Shown here piece after piece: positions 1 through 9,387 of a stretch of 64,000 nucleotides of DNA. The DNA is from Candidatus Eiseniibacteriota bacterium (GTDB lineage Bacteria > Desulfobacterota > Binatia > DP-6). Every line of letters starts with the position of its first letter. Positions within the stretch are counted from its first letter, which is position 1. The stretch covers positions 569 through 64,568 of the forward strand of contig DATJZY010000014.1 in assembly GCA_035577985.1 (NCBI GenBank), in the 5' to 3' direction. The notes beneath the pieces were generated by a model. The model was not told the origin of the DNA and ran no database searches. It saw only the letters and a list, made by a program, of their open reading frames with translations. The translations under genes and the position numbers were made by a program.

Positions 1-2614
1 TGAGGAAGCCCTGGCCGGTGCCGTTCGGATCGGTGTTCGCCGCCGGGATGCAGAACACGGTGGCGAGGGTTGCCGCGTGCGACGAATTGAGTGGCATGAG
101 GCTCCCCGATGGGGTTCCTTGCTCGCGGATGTGACGTGCCAGCGTACCGGCGCGCACGCAGCTCCCGGTGGGACCGCCACAGGTGCCGCCGCTGGCCGCC
201 GAGCAGATGTCACCCGCGGGGCACGTGCCCTGCATTCCGGGACCGCCGGAGCACGTTGCGTTGCTGCCGCATCCCGTGGCTCCCGTGGCCGCCGTGCAGC
301 CCTTGCCGACCCGGCTGCCGGACGCACACATGTTGTTCACGTTGCCCAACCGGCAGGTGAAGGTGGCACCGCAGTCGGCGGTCTGCGTCGCGACGGTGCA
401 CGGCAGCCCGCTGTTCGGGCCGTCGAGGCAGACGTTGGTGAGGAACGCGCCGGCCTGGCCAGCGCCCTGCGCGATGCACCGCGGAACCGCGGTCGTGCCG
501 GGGCAGTCGGTATCGACGGTGCACGTGTTGCCGTAGTTCGTGCCGCCGACGCAGCGCGCCTGCGTGCAGAAGAGACCGCTCGCGTTCGACATGTTGGTGA
601 GGCCGGTCGTGAGCGGCGAGAGGTTCACGGGGATGTTGCCGACGAAGATCGCGCAGACGCCGCCGCCGGGGCACTGCGCGTTCGACGTGCAGGCGCCGTT
701 GTTGTTGCTGCCCTTGTAGCAACGGTTCCCGAGCGCGCTCGACGCCGGTGCCGGGCAGTCGTTCGTGAGACCGGAGGAGTTCGTGCTGGTGCATGGATCG
801 CCCTGGTTCGGGCTACCTTCGCAGACGCCGGTGCACGGCGAGCCGGGGGTGCCGGCACACGGAGCGCCGGCGATCGTCCCGATGCGACAGAGCGGGCACG
901 GCTGCGCGGCGTTGCCCGTGACGACCGTCACCGAGCTGAGAGGCAGGGTGAGCGACGCGGCACCGGTCGACGTGTCGAGGGTGCCGCTCGCCGGCGCCGC
1001 GAAGACGTTCTGGACGCAGGTCGTCGTTCCGGCGTTCGGAATCGGCAACGGCGTGCCGAACACGCACCCGGTGTTGGTGCACTTGAAGCCGACCCCGTTG
1101 GCCAGCGTCGCGCCGATGGTGCAGCTCGAGCCCGTGCAGCTGGTCGTGAAGCGGCTCGTGGCGCCGTCCGGCGTCGGCCCCTCGGCCACGGTGGCCGAGC
1201 CGCCGCCGATGTCCAGACCGCTGCAGCCGAGGTTCTTCAGGACGGGGCCTGAGGCGGCCACGTCGCGGAACGTCTGGCCACAGTTCCCCACCCCCGCCGT
1301 CGTCGTGAAGTCGAGGAACGACGGCGTCGCGCCGCCCGTGGTCGTGGTGGTCGACGTCGTGGTGCTGGTGGTGGTGGTCGATGACGTCGAGGTGCTGGTC
1401 GTCGTGCTGGTCGTGGTCGACGTGGTCGTCACGGTCGACGTGGTCGTCGAGGTCGTGGTGCTGGTCGTCGTGCTGGTCGACGTCGACGTCGTGGTCGACG
1501 TGCTGGTGGTCGAGGGCAGCGACGTGCTCGTCGTCGTCGTCGACGACGTGCTGGTCGACGTGGTCGTCGTGGACGACGTCGAGGTCGACGTGGTCGTCGT
1601 CGACGAGGTGCTCGTCGAGGTCGTGCTCGACGTGCTGGTCGACGTGGTCGTGGTGGTCGTGTTGGCCTGGCACTCGGGCGGCAGCGGGCTCACGAACTCC
1701 GGCACCGCGAGGGCGTCGATGCAGTCGACCTTGAACTCGGTGATGCAATCGACGCACTCGACGATGTCGTTCGTGCTCGAGATCGTGGCCGAGCAGCTCG
1801 AGCTGCCGGGCGGCGTCAGCGCCGGGCACACCGGGACGAAGCCGATGGCGCCGGGCGTGAGATCGCCGTTGCCGTCACACATCTTGTCGGGGCCGCCGCA
1901 CGCCTTGCAGATGGAGTCCTGCTTCTTCGACTCGGCGGTCGAGATGAGGATCGCGGCCTTGCCGTCGCCCGGGCTCGGGCACGGATTCGAGTGGATGCCT
2001 TTGATGCGGGCGTCCCAGCACTTCTGCAGGGCCTTCGATTTGGCCTGCAGGAACTTCGCCGTGGCCTTGCCGATCGCCTGCTGGCACTTGTTGACCGTGC
2101 TGTTGGTGCCGAACTCGGCGGTGTTGAGGGCGCCGTAGTAGAGCGCAATGGCCTGATCGACGAGGCCGTTGGCGCTGCACTCGAGACAGGTGCTGATGTC
2201 GTCGCAGTTGTTGATCGCGTTGTTGCAGCCGAAGCTCTCGATGTCGGGACAGAACGGAACGCTGGCCCACCCGATCGACGACAGCGGATCGTCGTCGCCG
2301 CCCGCGCCGCAGATCTTGTCGGCGCCGCCGCACACCTTGGCGATGCCCGTGTCCAGCTTCGTCACGAGCTTGCCGAGCAGCAGCATCGTCTTGGACTCCA
2401 TGGTGCAGTCCTGGGTCGGCGGGAGCGCACCCTTGGTCTTCTGGTCCTCGCACTTCTGGAGGGCCTTGCTGCGCCCCTGGACGTACTTCGCGGACGACTT
2501 GGTGATGCCGCGCTCGCACTTCGCCGGGTCGGCCGAAGCCCCCTGAACGCTCGCGAACAGGATCGCGATCGCAATGAGCCAGCCAGCCCGGATTCGGTGC
2601 GCGTTCTTCGTCAT
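1..2614 (-). CDS. Secreted cysteine-rich modular protein with long Ser/Thr linker; partial, 3' end runs off the left window edge
   Basis: Absent from the ORF track because there is no stop inside the window. Minus-strand ATG at 2614..2612 is preceded by GGAGGGGGATCCC. Translation starts MTKNAHRIRAGWLIAIAILFASVQGASA (signal peptide). It continues with two KC(E/Q)..I.K..AK(Y/F).Q..SKALQKC repeats, a poly-Thr/Ser linker, then a Cys/Gly-rich region. The frame stays open to nt 1, and no listed minus ORF uses this frame. Confidence 0.8.
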   Translation of the reverse strand, partial: MTKNAHRIRAGWLIAIAILFASVQGASADPAKCERGITKSSAKYVQGRSKALQKCEDQKTKGALPPTQDCTMESKTMLLLGKLVTKLDTGIAKVCGGADKICGAGGDDDPLSSIGWASVPFCPDIESFGCNNAINNCDDISTCLECSANGLVDQAIALYYGALNTAEFGTNSTVNKCQQAIGKATAKFLQAKSKALQKCWDARIKGIHSNPCPSPGDGKAAILISTAESKKQDSICKACGGPDKMCDGNGDLTPGAIGFVPVCPALTPPGSSSCSATISSTNDIVECVDCITEFKVDCIDALAVPEFVSPLPPECQANTTTTTTSTSTSSTTSTSTSSTTTTSTSTSSTTTTSTSTSSTTTTSTSLPSTTSTSTTTSTSTSTTTSTTTSTTTSTVTTTSTTTSTTTSTSTSSTTTTSTTTSTTTTTGGATPSFLDFTTTAGVGNCGQTFRDVAASGPVLKNLGCSGLDIGGGSATVAEGPTPDGATSRFTTSCTGSSCTIGATLANGVGFKCTNTGCVFGTPLPIPNAGTTTCVQNVFAAPASGTLDTSTGAASLTLPLSSVTVVTGNAAQPCPLCRIGTIAGAPCAGTPGSPCTGVCEGSPNQGDPCTSTNSSGLTNDCPAPASSALGNRCYKGSNNNGACTSNAQCPGGGVCAIFVGNIPVNLSPLTTGLTNMSNASGLFCTQARCVGGTNYGNTCTVDTDCPGTTAVPRCIAQGAGQAGAFLTNVCLDGPNSGLPCTVATQTADCGATFTCRLGNVNNMCASGSRVGKGCTAATGATGCGSNATCSGGPGMQGTCPAGDICSAASGGTCGGPTGSCVRAGTLARHIREQGTPSGSLMPLNSSHAATLATVFCIPAANTDPNGTGQGFL
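1338..1668. repeat. Low-complexity codon repeat (ACG/ACC/TCG/AGC) encoding a Thr/Ser linker
   Basis: Degenerate gtcgacgtggtcgtc-type tandem repeats. On the minus strand they read TTTTTSTSTSSTTSTSTSSTTTT.... In other frames they create the ghost ORFs 765..2138, 813..1829 and 1381..1734. Confidence 0.85.
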
Positions 2615-2766
2615 GGGATCCCCCTCCAATGTGCGCGGCACGCCGCCCACGCCGGGCACCCGGCATGTGGCGAGCCTTGGCGTCTGACGTATCGCGCCCC
2701 GCGCGAAGCCGTCAAGGGATTTTCGGGGATATCCAGGGCCGGGCGCAGCCGGATCAGATCGTCAGG

Positions 2767-3348
2767 TTAGACCCAGGGCCAGCCCGGAACGTCGGTGCAA
2801 AAGCCCGGAATGGTGAGCCTCGCCGACGGCGCGGGCTTGAGCAGCTCGACCTTCACGCCCGAGAAGCCGTCGTCGTTGCCGACGATCACGGCGAACGGCA
2901 TGCACTCGATGACGGGGCGGTCCAGGAGGAGTAGCCGGGAGAAGTCGACACCGGCGAGCGCGAAGCGAACGCGATAGGTCCCATCCTGATTGAGGATCAG
3001 ACGGAACGAACGAACGCCCCGGTCGGTCCTGCTCTTGTAGGAGAACCGCTTGCCGCTCTTCGACTCCTTCAGCATCCCGGCCGGGATCCGGAACGTCTCC
3101 TCGGCGATCGCGATGATGACGGGCTCGGTTGCGGGGCTGATGCCGTCCGTCGTGGGCGAGAGGGTGAAGTCCCAGCGGCGGACCGACAACATCGCGCTGC
3201 CGGTGTTCGGATCGACGCGGCCCTTGCCCGGTCGGATGACGAGCCGACCGTGGTTCACGGGCTGCGCGCTCGCGCGCTGCGGGGCGGCGCCGATCAGAAC
3301 GCTCGCGACGGCGATCGCGACCCCCATGCTCCACTTCGTGCCTCGCAT
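2767..3348 (-). CDS. Secreted hypothetical protein
   Basis: ORF 2767..3381 trimmed to ATG 3348 (MRGTKWSMGVAIAVASVLIGAAPQRASA signal peptide), with GAGGAG 7 nt upstream. Amino-acid composition looks like a real protein. Confidence 0.7.
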   Translation of the reverse strand: MRGTKWSMGVAIAVASVLIGAAPQRASAQPVNHGRLVIRPGKGRVDPNTGSAMLSVRRWDFTLSPTTDGISPATEPVIIAIAEETFRIPAGMLKESKSGKRFSYKSRTDRGVRSFRLILNQDGTYRVRFALAGVDFSRLLLLDRPVIECMPFAVIVGNDDGFSGVKVELLKPAPSARLTIPGFCTDVPGWPWV

Positions 3349-3367
3349 CGTGACGTCTCCTCGTACC

Positions 3368-4396
3368 CTAGCCCTGCCCACGCGATCGCGCCAACCGCAC
3401 TCTGACGCGGGTCCTTGCGCGATTGGGGCGCATGGCGACCGCCGTGCGGGCGATCAGCCCACCGCTCTCGACGACGAGCGAACCCTCCGGCGCAGCCGTC
3501 AGATCGGCGATGCCCGGCCCGCGCAGGCGGATCCGGTACGCGAGGCGTCCGGGCCGTCGCAGCGGCATCACCGACACACGGCTGCCGTCGAACGCCGTCG
3601 CGGCGAATCCCTTCCGGCCCGCCGCCGCCAGCCCGCCGTCGAGCCGCAGCTCCATCGCCGGCGCGGGCCCCAGACGGAGCGTCGTCGGCGTGGTGTCGAA
3701 GGACGCGGGAAGGATCGAATTGGCTTCCAGCACCATCGTCAGCGTTCGCGCGTGGGACGTCGCCAGGCCCGCCACGCGTGACAGACGAGGCGCGAGCGCG
3801 AACTGGTCGAGATCGGGCACCGGCGCCAGCGTGCAGGACAGCGTGAGCAGCAGGTCGACGTCGGCGAGCGGCGGCGACAGCGCGGCCGATCGCCCCACCC
3901 CGACGAGCGCGAATGCACCCGACGCGTCGATCGGCGCCCCGACCACCAGGGTACCACCGGCCATCGCGAAGCCGGACGTGAAGTCCATGGCAACCGAGTC
4001 CGACGTGCCGTCGAGCGTGATCGCCATCGGGAGATCCGCGCGCCGCAGCTCCCCGCTCGAGAGGAGCTGGATCCCGACGAACGCGGGGAACGCGATCGAC
4101 CCGGTGTGCGGGCCCGCGGTGAACGGGCGCGGGCGGATCGCCCCGCAACGGTTCGCTGGATCGATCGGATCCGCGGGGCATACCTGCACGCGGCTCAACG
4201 TCGGGCTCGTCGACGGATCGTACATGACGCGCAGGAGGTCGCCCGCCGCTGGCGCCGCCACGTCGGCGACCACGCCGCCGGCCGGAGCGGAGAGTCCCAT
4301 CGTCACGGCGCACGTGCTCGGAAAGATGGTGACCATGTGCGCGTCAGCCGTGACGGCGACCAGGAAGGCGAACGCGAGGACGGCGCGAACGATCAT
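3368..4396 (-). CDS. Secreted hypothetical protein
   Basis: C-terminal 342 codons of listed ORF 3368..5413, starting MIVRAVLAFAFLVAVTADA (signal peptide). Its ATG overlaps the upstream stop as ATGA (4396..4393). Confidence 0.7.
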   Translation of the reverse strand: MIVRAVLAFAFLVAVTADAHMVTIFPSTCAVTMGLSAPAGGVVADVAAPAAGDLLRVMYDPSTSPTLSRVQVCPADPIDPANRCGAIRPRPFTAGPHTGSIAFPAFVGIQLLSSGELRRADLPMAITLDGTSDSVAMDFTSGFAMAGGTLVVGAPIDASGAFALVGVGRSAALSPPLADVDLLLTLSCTLAPVPDLDQFALAPRLSRVAGLATSHARTLTMVLEANSILPASFDTTPTTLRLGPAPAMELRLDGGLAAAGRKGFAATAFDGSRVSVMPLRRPGRLAYRIRLRGPGIADLTAAPEGSLVVESGGLIARTAVAMRPNRARTRVRVRLARSRGQG

Positions 4397-5547
4397 GGCA
4401 ACCCCGACACGTCGCAATCGCCCCCGGGGGCCGCGTCGTAGACGAGCGCCGTGATCCCGCATACCTCGTCGTCCACGCTGTCGCCGGCGACGTCGTTGGC
4501 CGGCACGCACGCCGCCTGGCCGGGACAGTCGGGGCTGTGCGGCATCGCGAGCGAGCACGGTGCCGCCGGATGGCCGACGCCCCCGGGGACGACGCCCGGT
4601 GTCTCCTCGCATCCGAGCCGAACCGGCGACGACCGGGCACCGTTGTCGAGCCAGCAGCCGTAGCGCAGCGCCTCGCCGGCGCCCACGGCAAGTGCCGACG
4701 AGAAGCCGAGCGCACCCGGGTCGGTGAAGTCGAGGCCGACGAAGAGCTGGCGGCGTCCGGGCGCGCACAGGTTCTCGGGGCTCCCTGTCGGGTTCTTCGT
4801 CTGACCGTCGGTACCGAGGAGATCGACGCCGGCACAGCGTCCGCGGCGGTGCATCTGGCTCGAGAGCCCGAGCACGCACGTATCGGCCGGTGCCGTCCAG
4901 CGAGCGTCGACGAGATTCTCGGTCGCTCCCTCGCTGAACGGAGGAACGAGGATCCCCGCCTCGGCGGTCCGGTCGGAGAGCGGCCGGGCCGTGCGGCGCA
5001 CCTGCTTCGGCTTGGCCGCGCGCAGCACCAGGCGCGTCGACACGACGTGCGTCTTGGTGTCGGCGTTGCCCCAGTTCGTGTCGATGAGCAGCCCGATCGC
5101 CGCCGGCGCGCCGCCGGGTGCATCGGCCACCGGTGCGAGCTCGGCGGCGACCCCCTTCGGCAGCGTTCGCACGAGCTTCTGATTCGAGCCGGCGGTCGCC
5201 ACCAGCACCCGCCGGTCGCGATCGACGGGCCCCAGATCGATGCAGCCGCGGCTCTGCAGCAACGTCTTCTCGGGGAACTCGGCGAGCCGCTCGCCCGTAT
5301 ACAGGTACACGAGAAAGTGGCGTGCTCCCGTGCGACTCTTCGTCCCGGCGTGCGCGACACGCCACGAGCCGAGCGCGAATGGAGCGGTGGCCGGAACCTT
5401 CACGAAATAGCACGTCTCCAGATCGCTCCCCGGTGGGAGCGAAACTCGGGGAACCTTCACGGTGATCGTCCGCCGGTCCCGGCCTTCGGCGACGCCTCCG
5501 GCAACGAGCGCGACGAGAACGAGCAGGACGGGAAGCCGGCGCGTCAT
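4393..5547 (-). CDS. Secreted protein, degenerate paralogue of the C-terminal His-cluster domain of the 29540..31639 gene
   Basis: ORF 4393..5664 trimmed to ATG 5547 (MTRRLPVLLVLVALVAGGVAEG). Shares blocks with the 29540 gene: SPVRLGCEETPGVVPG vs TPVRLGCEEVPGVPPG, and CVPANDVAG vs CVPANLVFG. Confidence 0.75.
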   Translation of the reverse strand: MTRRLPVLLVLVALVAGGVAEGRDRRTITVKVPRVSLPPGSDLETCYFVKVPATAPFALGSWRVAHAGTKSRTGARHFLVYLYTGERLAEFPEKTLLQSRGCIDLGPVDRDRRVLVATAGSNQKLVRTLPKGVAAELAPVADAPGGAPAAIGLLIDTNWGNADTKTHVVSTRLVLRAAKPKQVRRTARPLSDRTAEAGILVPPFSEGATENLVDARWTAPADTCVLGLSSQMHRRGRCAGVDLLGTDGQTKNPTGSPENLCAPGRRQLFVGLDFTDPGALGFSSALAVGAGEALRYGCWLDNGARSSPVRLGCEETPGVVPGGVGHPAAPCSLAMPHSPDCPGQAACVPANDVAGDSVDDEVCGITALVYDAAPGGDCDVSGLP

Positions 5548-5822
5548 CGGACTCCCGAAAGGATCTACCATGCGGACGGGATCCCGGTAACCCGCCGCCT
5601 CGCCCGTCGTGGACGGCCAGTGGCCGATCGTGTGCACCGCATGCCCGCTTGGCCGCGGTACCACGCAGATGCCTCGGCCGATCGGTTCGCCGGCGCCATC
5701 CGGCGTCGTCGCTGGACCTCCCGCACCCTTCCCGCTAACGCCGACCCACGCGCCGGATCCTCTACAGCCTGCTCGTCGCCGCGCTCGCGTGCGGCACGAC
5801 GACCTCGACCGGCACGGGCGAG

Positions 5823-7307
5823 GTGGTGAGCATCGACGCCGATCGGCATGCCATCGTCGTGCGGCGTGCGGACGTGCCGGGCATGTCGACCGGCGTCACG
5901 CTGCGGCTCACGGTCGCCGATCCGGCCCTCGTCGACGGGCTCGGGCCGAACGCCCCGATCACGTTCGAGTATGCGCGACGGGCCTTCGCGCAGCCGGCGC
6001 TCGTGTCGCTGCGTCGCGAGGAGGCGAAGACGGTCCTCATGCACGACCACACGCCACACCACGGCGGCGTGGTCGCGATGGTGGGCGGGCGACATCTCGA
6101 GGCGCGCGCCGAAGCGAACGGTCGCCTCGAAGTGTACGTGACGGACTTCTATCGCCGCCCGCTCGCCGTCGACGGCGCACGCGGCACGATCACGATCGCC
6201 GGCTCGGAGATCGTACCGCTCGCGCCCGAGGGCGAAGCCCTGGTCGGACGCGCGAAGCCGATCGCCGCGCCGCGCATCGACGCCAAGGTGGCGATCGCGC
6301 TCGGCGGCGAGAGCATCGCGATGGACTTCGCGCTCCCGATCGCGCCGGGCGCCGGCGGCGCGGCCGCCGTCGCGCAGTCGGCCTGCGCCCCGCTCGAGCC
6401 CGCGGGACCGTCGCAGCCGCGCTGCCTCATCACCTTCAGCCAGCCGATCTCCGCGCTCGCCGCCTCGCCCGACGGCGCGACGCTGCTCGTCGCGGTCGCG
6501 GGAGCCGGGGTCAGCGTGTGGCGTCTTCCGGAGGGCACGCTCGCGGGCGCGCTCGATCCCGCGCCGCCGATCGCCGTGCCGCCCGGCGAGACGCCGCACC
6601 CCGAGATCGTGAACCGCATCGCGTGGCGGCCCGACGGCACCGAGGCCCTGGTGGTGCTCGAGGGACGCCTGCTGCGCTACGCCCTGCCGAGCGGAAAGCT
6701 CGTGCGCGTGCTCTCGGGCGCGAACGACGTCGTGCGCGACGCCGCCTGGTGGCCGGGCGGACGGCGGATCGTCGTGACCGCGTTCCACGACGTCGCCGCG
6801 CACGTGATCGACGCGGACGACGGGCACGAACTCACGCGCTATCACGCTACGGCCGAGGCGTCGGCGGTCGCGATCGACGCCACCGGCACGCACGTCGCCG
6901 TCGGCGACGAGAGCGGCGCGATCACGCTCTTCGATGCGCGCCAGGGCGCGGGGGAGCCTCCGTGGCACCCGAGCACCCGGGCGGTGACGTCGCTCGGCTT
7001 CGAGACGACGGGGCTCGTCACGCTCACGGCCGACGGCTTCGTGCGCAGCCTCGACCCGGCCGACGGCCGGACGCTCGCTGCGCTCGAGGTCGGCTATACG
7101 CCGGCGCGGCTCGCCGCAGGCCCGAACGGTCGCGTCGCGGTCGGCCTGCCGAGCGGTCGCGTCGTGCTCGTCGATCCGGGACGGGGCGCGATCCTTCGCA
7201 CGCTCGACTGGAGCCAGGCGCAGATCCACGCGCTCGCATGGGCGGGCGCCCAGGTCGCGACGGGCGACGCGGTGGGCCGCGTCGCCCTGTGGAACGTCGG
7301 GAGCTGA
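5823..7307 (+). CDS. Probable lipoprotein with a CusF-like OB domain, a His-rich motif and a 7-bladed WD40-like beta-propeller
   Basis: Listed ORF with a GTG start. CusF-like stretch: IVVRRADVPGMSTGVTLRLTVADPALVDGLGPNAPITFEY. His-rich motif: MHDHTPHHGG. Seven blades of the type SPDGATLLVAVAGAGVSVWRLPEG. The frame is open upstream to 5739 and encodes a lipobox (LVAALAC), so the true start is uncertain. Confidence 0.8.
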   Translation: MVSIDADRHAIVVRRADVPGMSTGVTLRLTVADPALVDGLGPNAPITFEYARRAFAQPALVSLRREEAKTVLMHDHTPHHGGVVAMVGGRHLEARAEANGRLEVYVTDFYRRPLAVDGARGTITIAGSEIVPLAPEGEALVGRAKPIAAPRIDAKVAIALGGESIAMDFALPIAPGAGGAAAVAQSACAPLEPAGPSQPRCLITFSQPISALAASPDGATLLVAVAGAGVSVWRLPEGTLAGALDPAPPIAVPPGETPHPEIVNRIAWRPDGTEALVVLEGRLLRYALPSGKLVRVLSGANDVVRDAAWWPGGRRIVVTAFHDVAAHVIDADDGHELTRYHATAEASAVAIDATGTHVAVGDESGAITLFDARQGAGEPPWHPSTRAVTSLGFETTGLVTLTADGFVRSLDPADGRTLAALEVGYTPARLAAGPNGRVAVGLPSGRVVLVDPGRGAILRTLDWSQAQIHALAWAGAQVATGDAVGRVALWNVGS

Positions 7308-7313
7308 CGCGGC

Positions 7314-8546
7314 TCAGGGCGCGCACGCGCCCGGCGCCGGCGCCAGCTTCGCACTGAACGACTTCGGTGTCTTGAACGTGACCGTACCCGCGAACCGCAT
7401 GCAGTAGTGCTGCGTTCCCATGGTGACGACGACGTCGACCGGATCGGGGTTCGCCGCGAGCGTGTGGCCGAGCTGGCTGCCCTTGGCGGTGATCTTGAGG
7501 ATCTTGTTCGGCTTCACCTGGAACGCCTTCACCGGACCGTTCACCAGCAGGTTGTCCTTGTACTTGTAGCCCTTGTTCTCGCCCTCGTGGCCGACGAGCG
7601 ACCAGAACGACGGGCCGGGCGCGAGGGTGTAGGTGTCGTCGAAGCCGTCGCCGGCCGTCGAGACGATGCGCACCGTCGCGCCGACCGTGCGCGGATCGTC
7701 GCCCGACCCGTTGCCGTCTCCGAGCGTGACGTCGAGGTCCTTCGACTGCACGGTCGCCTTCCGCTTCGCGGCGTTCGCCGGATCGTCCTTCAGCGAGATC
7801 TTGCTGCCGTCGATGAGCTGCGACGGGACGAGCGAGGTCGTGGTGGTGGTCGACGTGGAGGTCGACGTCGTCGACGTGGAGGTGGACGTGGTGGTGACGA
7901 TGGTCGTCGTGGTCGTGGTGGTGCAGCCCGTGAGACTTCCCACGTTGCCGGCGTTGTTCTGCGGTGACGGACACGTGAGGTTGAAGGTCTGGCTACCCGT
8001 CGTGCGCGTCTGGCTCTGCGTGCCGTTGCCCAGCGGTCCCGCGACGACCGGCTGGCCGAGCCGCGTCGGGCCCGTGTAGCCGCCGTAGGCCAGGCAGTCG
8101 ACGTAGTTGTTCACGTCCGCCGCGTTCCACGTCGGCGGGTTCTCGGGGACACTGTTGCCGGGGGCGCCCCAGCAGATGTTGCCGCAGGTCGGATCGATGC
8201 TCCCCGAAAAGGTGAAGTCGGGGTTGATGCCGAAGACCGTGTTGAAGCCGACCGCGCTCGGGCTCGCCATCACCCAGCGCACGTCCTCGCCGGCCATGCC
8301 GACGTTGGCCGGCACCTCGAGAAGGATCGTGGCCGACGTGCCGTCGCAGTTGAAGGCGGTGAGACGGCTGTGCGCCACCAGGTCCTGGAGGATCGCCAGC
8401 ATGCGGATCTCGACGAACTGCACGGTCGGATCGCTCCCGACGCCCGACATGGCCTCGTGGATCTCCGCGAAGTGGAAGCGCGCGCTCGCCGGCGCGACGG
8501 CGAGCAGGACGACGAGCCCGGCAGCGGACAGCGAGCGACCGAACAT
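7314..8546 (-). CDS. Secreted protein: lamin-tail-like N-domain, Thr/Ser linker, C-terminal beta-rich domain
   Basis: ORF 7314..8555. ATG 8546 has GGAGG 8 nt upstream. Signal peptide: MFGRSLSAAGLVVLLAVAPASA. Contains TVQFVEIRM (compare EFxELxN of lamin tail domains) and the linker TTTTTTTIVTTTSTSTSTTSTSTSTTTTTS. Confidence 0.8.
   Translation of the reverse strand: MFGRSLSAAGLVVLLAVAPASARFHFAEIHEAMSGVGSDPTVQFVEIRMLAILQDLVAHSRLTAFNCDGTSATILLEVPANVGMAGEDVRWVMASPSAVGFNTVFGINPDFTFSGSIDPTCGNICWGAPGNSVPENPPTWNAADVNNYVDCLAYGGYTGPTRLGQPVVAGPLGNGTQSQTRTTGSQTFNLTCPSPQNNAGNVGSLTGCTTTTTTTIVTTTSTSTSTTSTSTSTTTTTSLVPSQLIDGSKISLKDDPANAAKRKATVQSKDLDVTLGDGNGSGDDPRTVGATVRIVSTAGDGFDDTYTLAPGPSFWSLVGHEGENKGYKYKDNLLVNGPVKAFQVKPNKILKITAKGSQLGHTLAANPDPVDVVVTMGTQHYCMRFAGTVTFKTPKSFSAKLAPAPGACAP
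7833..7924. repeat. Thr/Ser-linker codon repeat
   Basis: Same gtcgacgtgga/ggtggtg repeat type as 1338..1668. It produces ghost ORFs 7407..7967 and 7633..8079. Confidence 0.8.
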
Positions 8547-8594
8547 GGGCACCACCTCCGTGCGCTCTACGTGCTTACAGACCAGCTCGGATTG

Positions 8595-9293
8595 TCAAGG
8601 GGATTTGACCCGCGGGCGCTGCGTCGACAGCGCCAGACCGGCCAGGACCAGCGCGATCGCGCAGGCCTGCGGAACGGTGATGCCCCACGCGCAGAGGAGA
8701 TCGGTCGCAGCGGGATCGCGCATCGTCTCGAGCGCCACGCGAACGACGCCGTAGCCGATCATCGCGCGGCACGCCGTCGCCCCCGGCGGACCAGGGCTCC
8801 GCACCAGCCAGGCGGCGAGGGCGAAGTCGGCGCCCGCGGCGTAGAGCTGCACGGGATGGCGGGGCGGAGGACCGAGATCCGGCAGCACGATGCCCCACGG
8901 CAGCTCCGTGGGCCGCCCGAAACAGCACCCGGCGAGGAAGCAGCCGATGCGACCGACGCCGAAGCCGAGCAGCGCGCCGGGGGCGAATGCGTCGAGCAGA
9001 TCGAGGCAACGCACACCCGCGAGCCGGCTCGCAGCCGCGACCATCACGATGCCGCCGCCGATGCCGCCCATCGACGCGAGGCCCGCGCCGCCGTGCACGG
9101 CGCGATAGTATGCCCCGGCGCCCCACCACGCGCCCGCGACGACGAGGGGCGCCGCGACCAGGACGACGTCGGGCCGTCGCGCCTGCCGCGTGGCGAGGAT
9201 CATGCCGGCGGCGACGGCGAGCATGACGGCGATGCCGTACAGCGAGACGACGACGTGCACGTCGCCGACCTGTGTCTCGAGCGTCGGGAGCAT
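8595..9293 (-). CDS. lgt: Prolipoprotein diacylglyceryl transferase
   Basis: Multi-TM protein with the Lgt signature GVGRIGCFLAGCCFGRPTELPWGIV. Trimmed to ATG 9293 (MLPTLETQVG). Confidence 0.85.
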   Translation of the reverse strand: MLPTLETQVGDVHVVVSLYGIAVMLAVAAGMILATRQARRPDVVLVAAPLVVAGAWWGAGAYYRAVHGGAGLASMGGIGGGIVMVAAASRLAGVRCLDLLDAFAPGALLGFGVGRIGCFLAGCCFGRPTELPWGIVLPDLGPPPRHPVQLYAAGADFALAAWLVRSPGPPGATACRAMIGYGVVRVALETMRDPAATDLLCAWGITVPQACAIALVLAGLALSTQRPRVKSP

Positions 9294-9387
9294 GCGCTCC
9301 CCGATGCACGCGCCGTACCCGGACGGAGCGGCCGCGCCGCGGCATCGCACGGTCGCCGGCGCAACGGCCGCCGCAACGACCCCGTTG

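Noticed and set aside
765-2138. ORFs with striking periodic sequences (VVVDVVVLVVVVDD, WSSCWSWSTWSS, HDHVDQHVEHD) at 765..2138, 813..1829 and 1381..1734
   Set aside because: They are alternative-frame or antisense readings of the Thr/Ser-linker codon repeat of the real minus-strand gene 1..2614.
5671-5686. TGGCCG-ATCGT-GTGC, a sigma-54-like match upstream of the 5823 gene
   Set aside because: Only 7 of 10 core positions match. The distance to the coding start (over 70 nt) differs from the two good candidates.
8593-8598. Perfect TTGACA -35 box overlapping the lgt stop codon, upstream of the 7314..8546 gene
   Set aside because: No acceptable -10 hexamer lies at 16-18 nt. The best is TAAGCA at 15 nt. 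I kept it only as a note.
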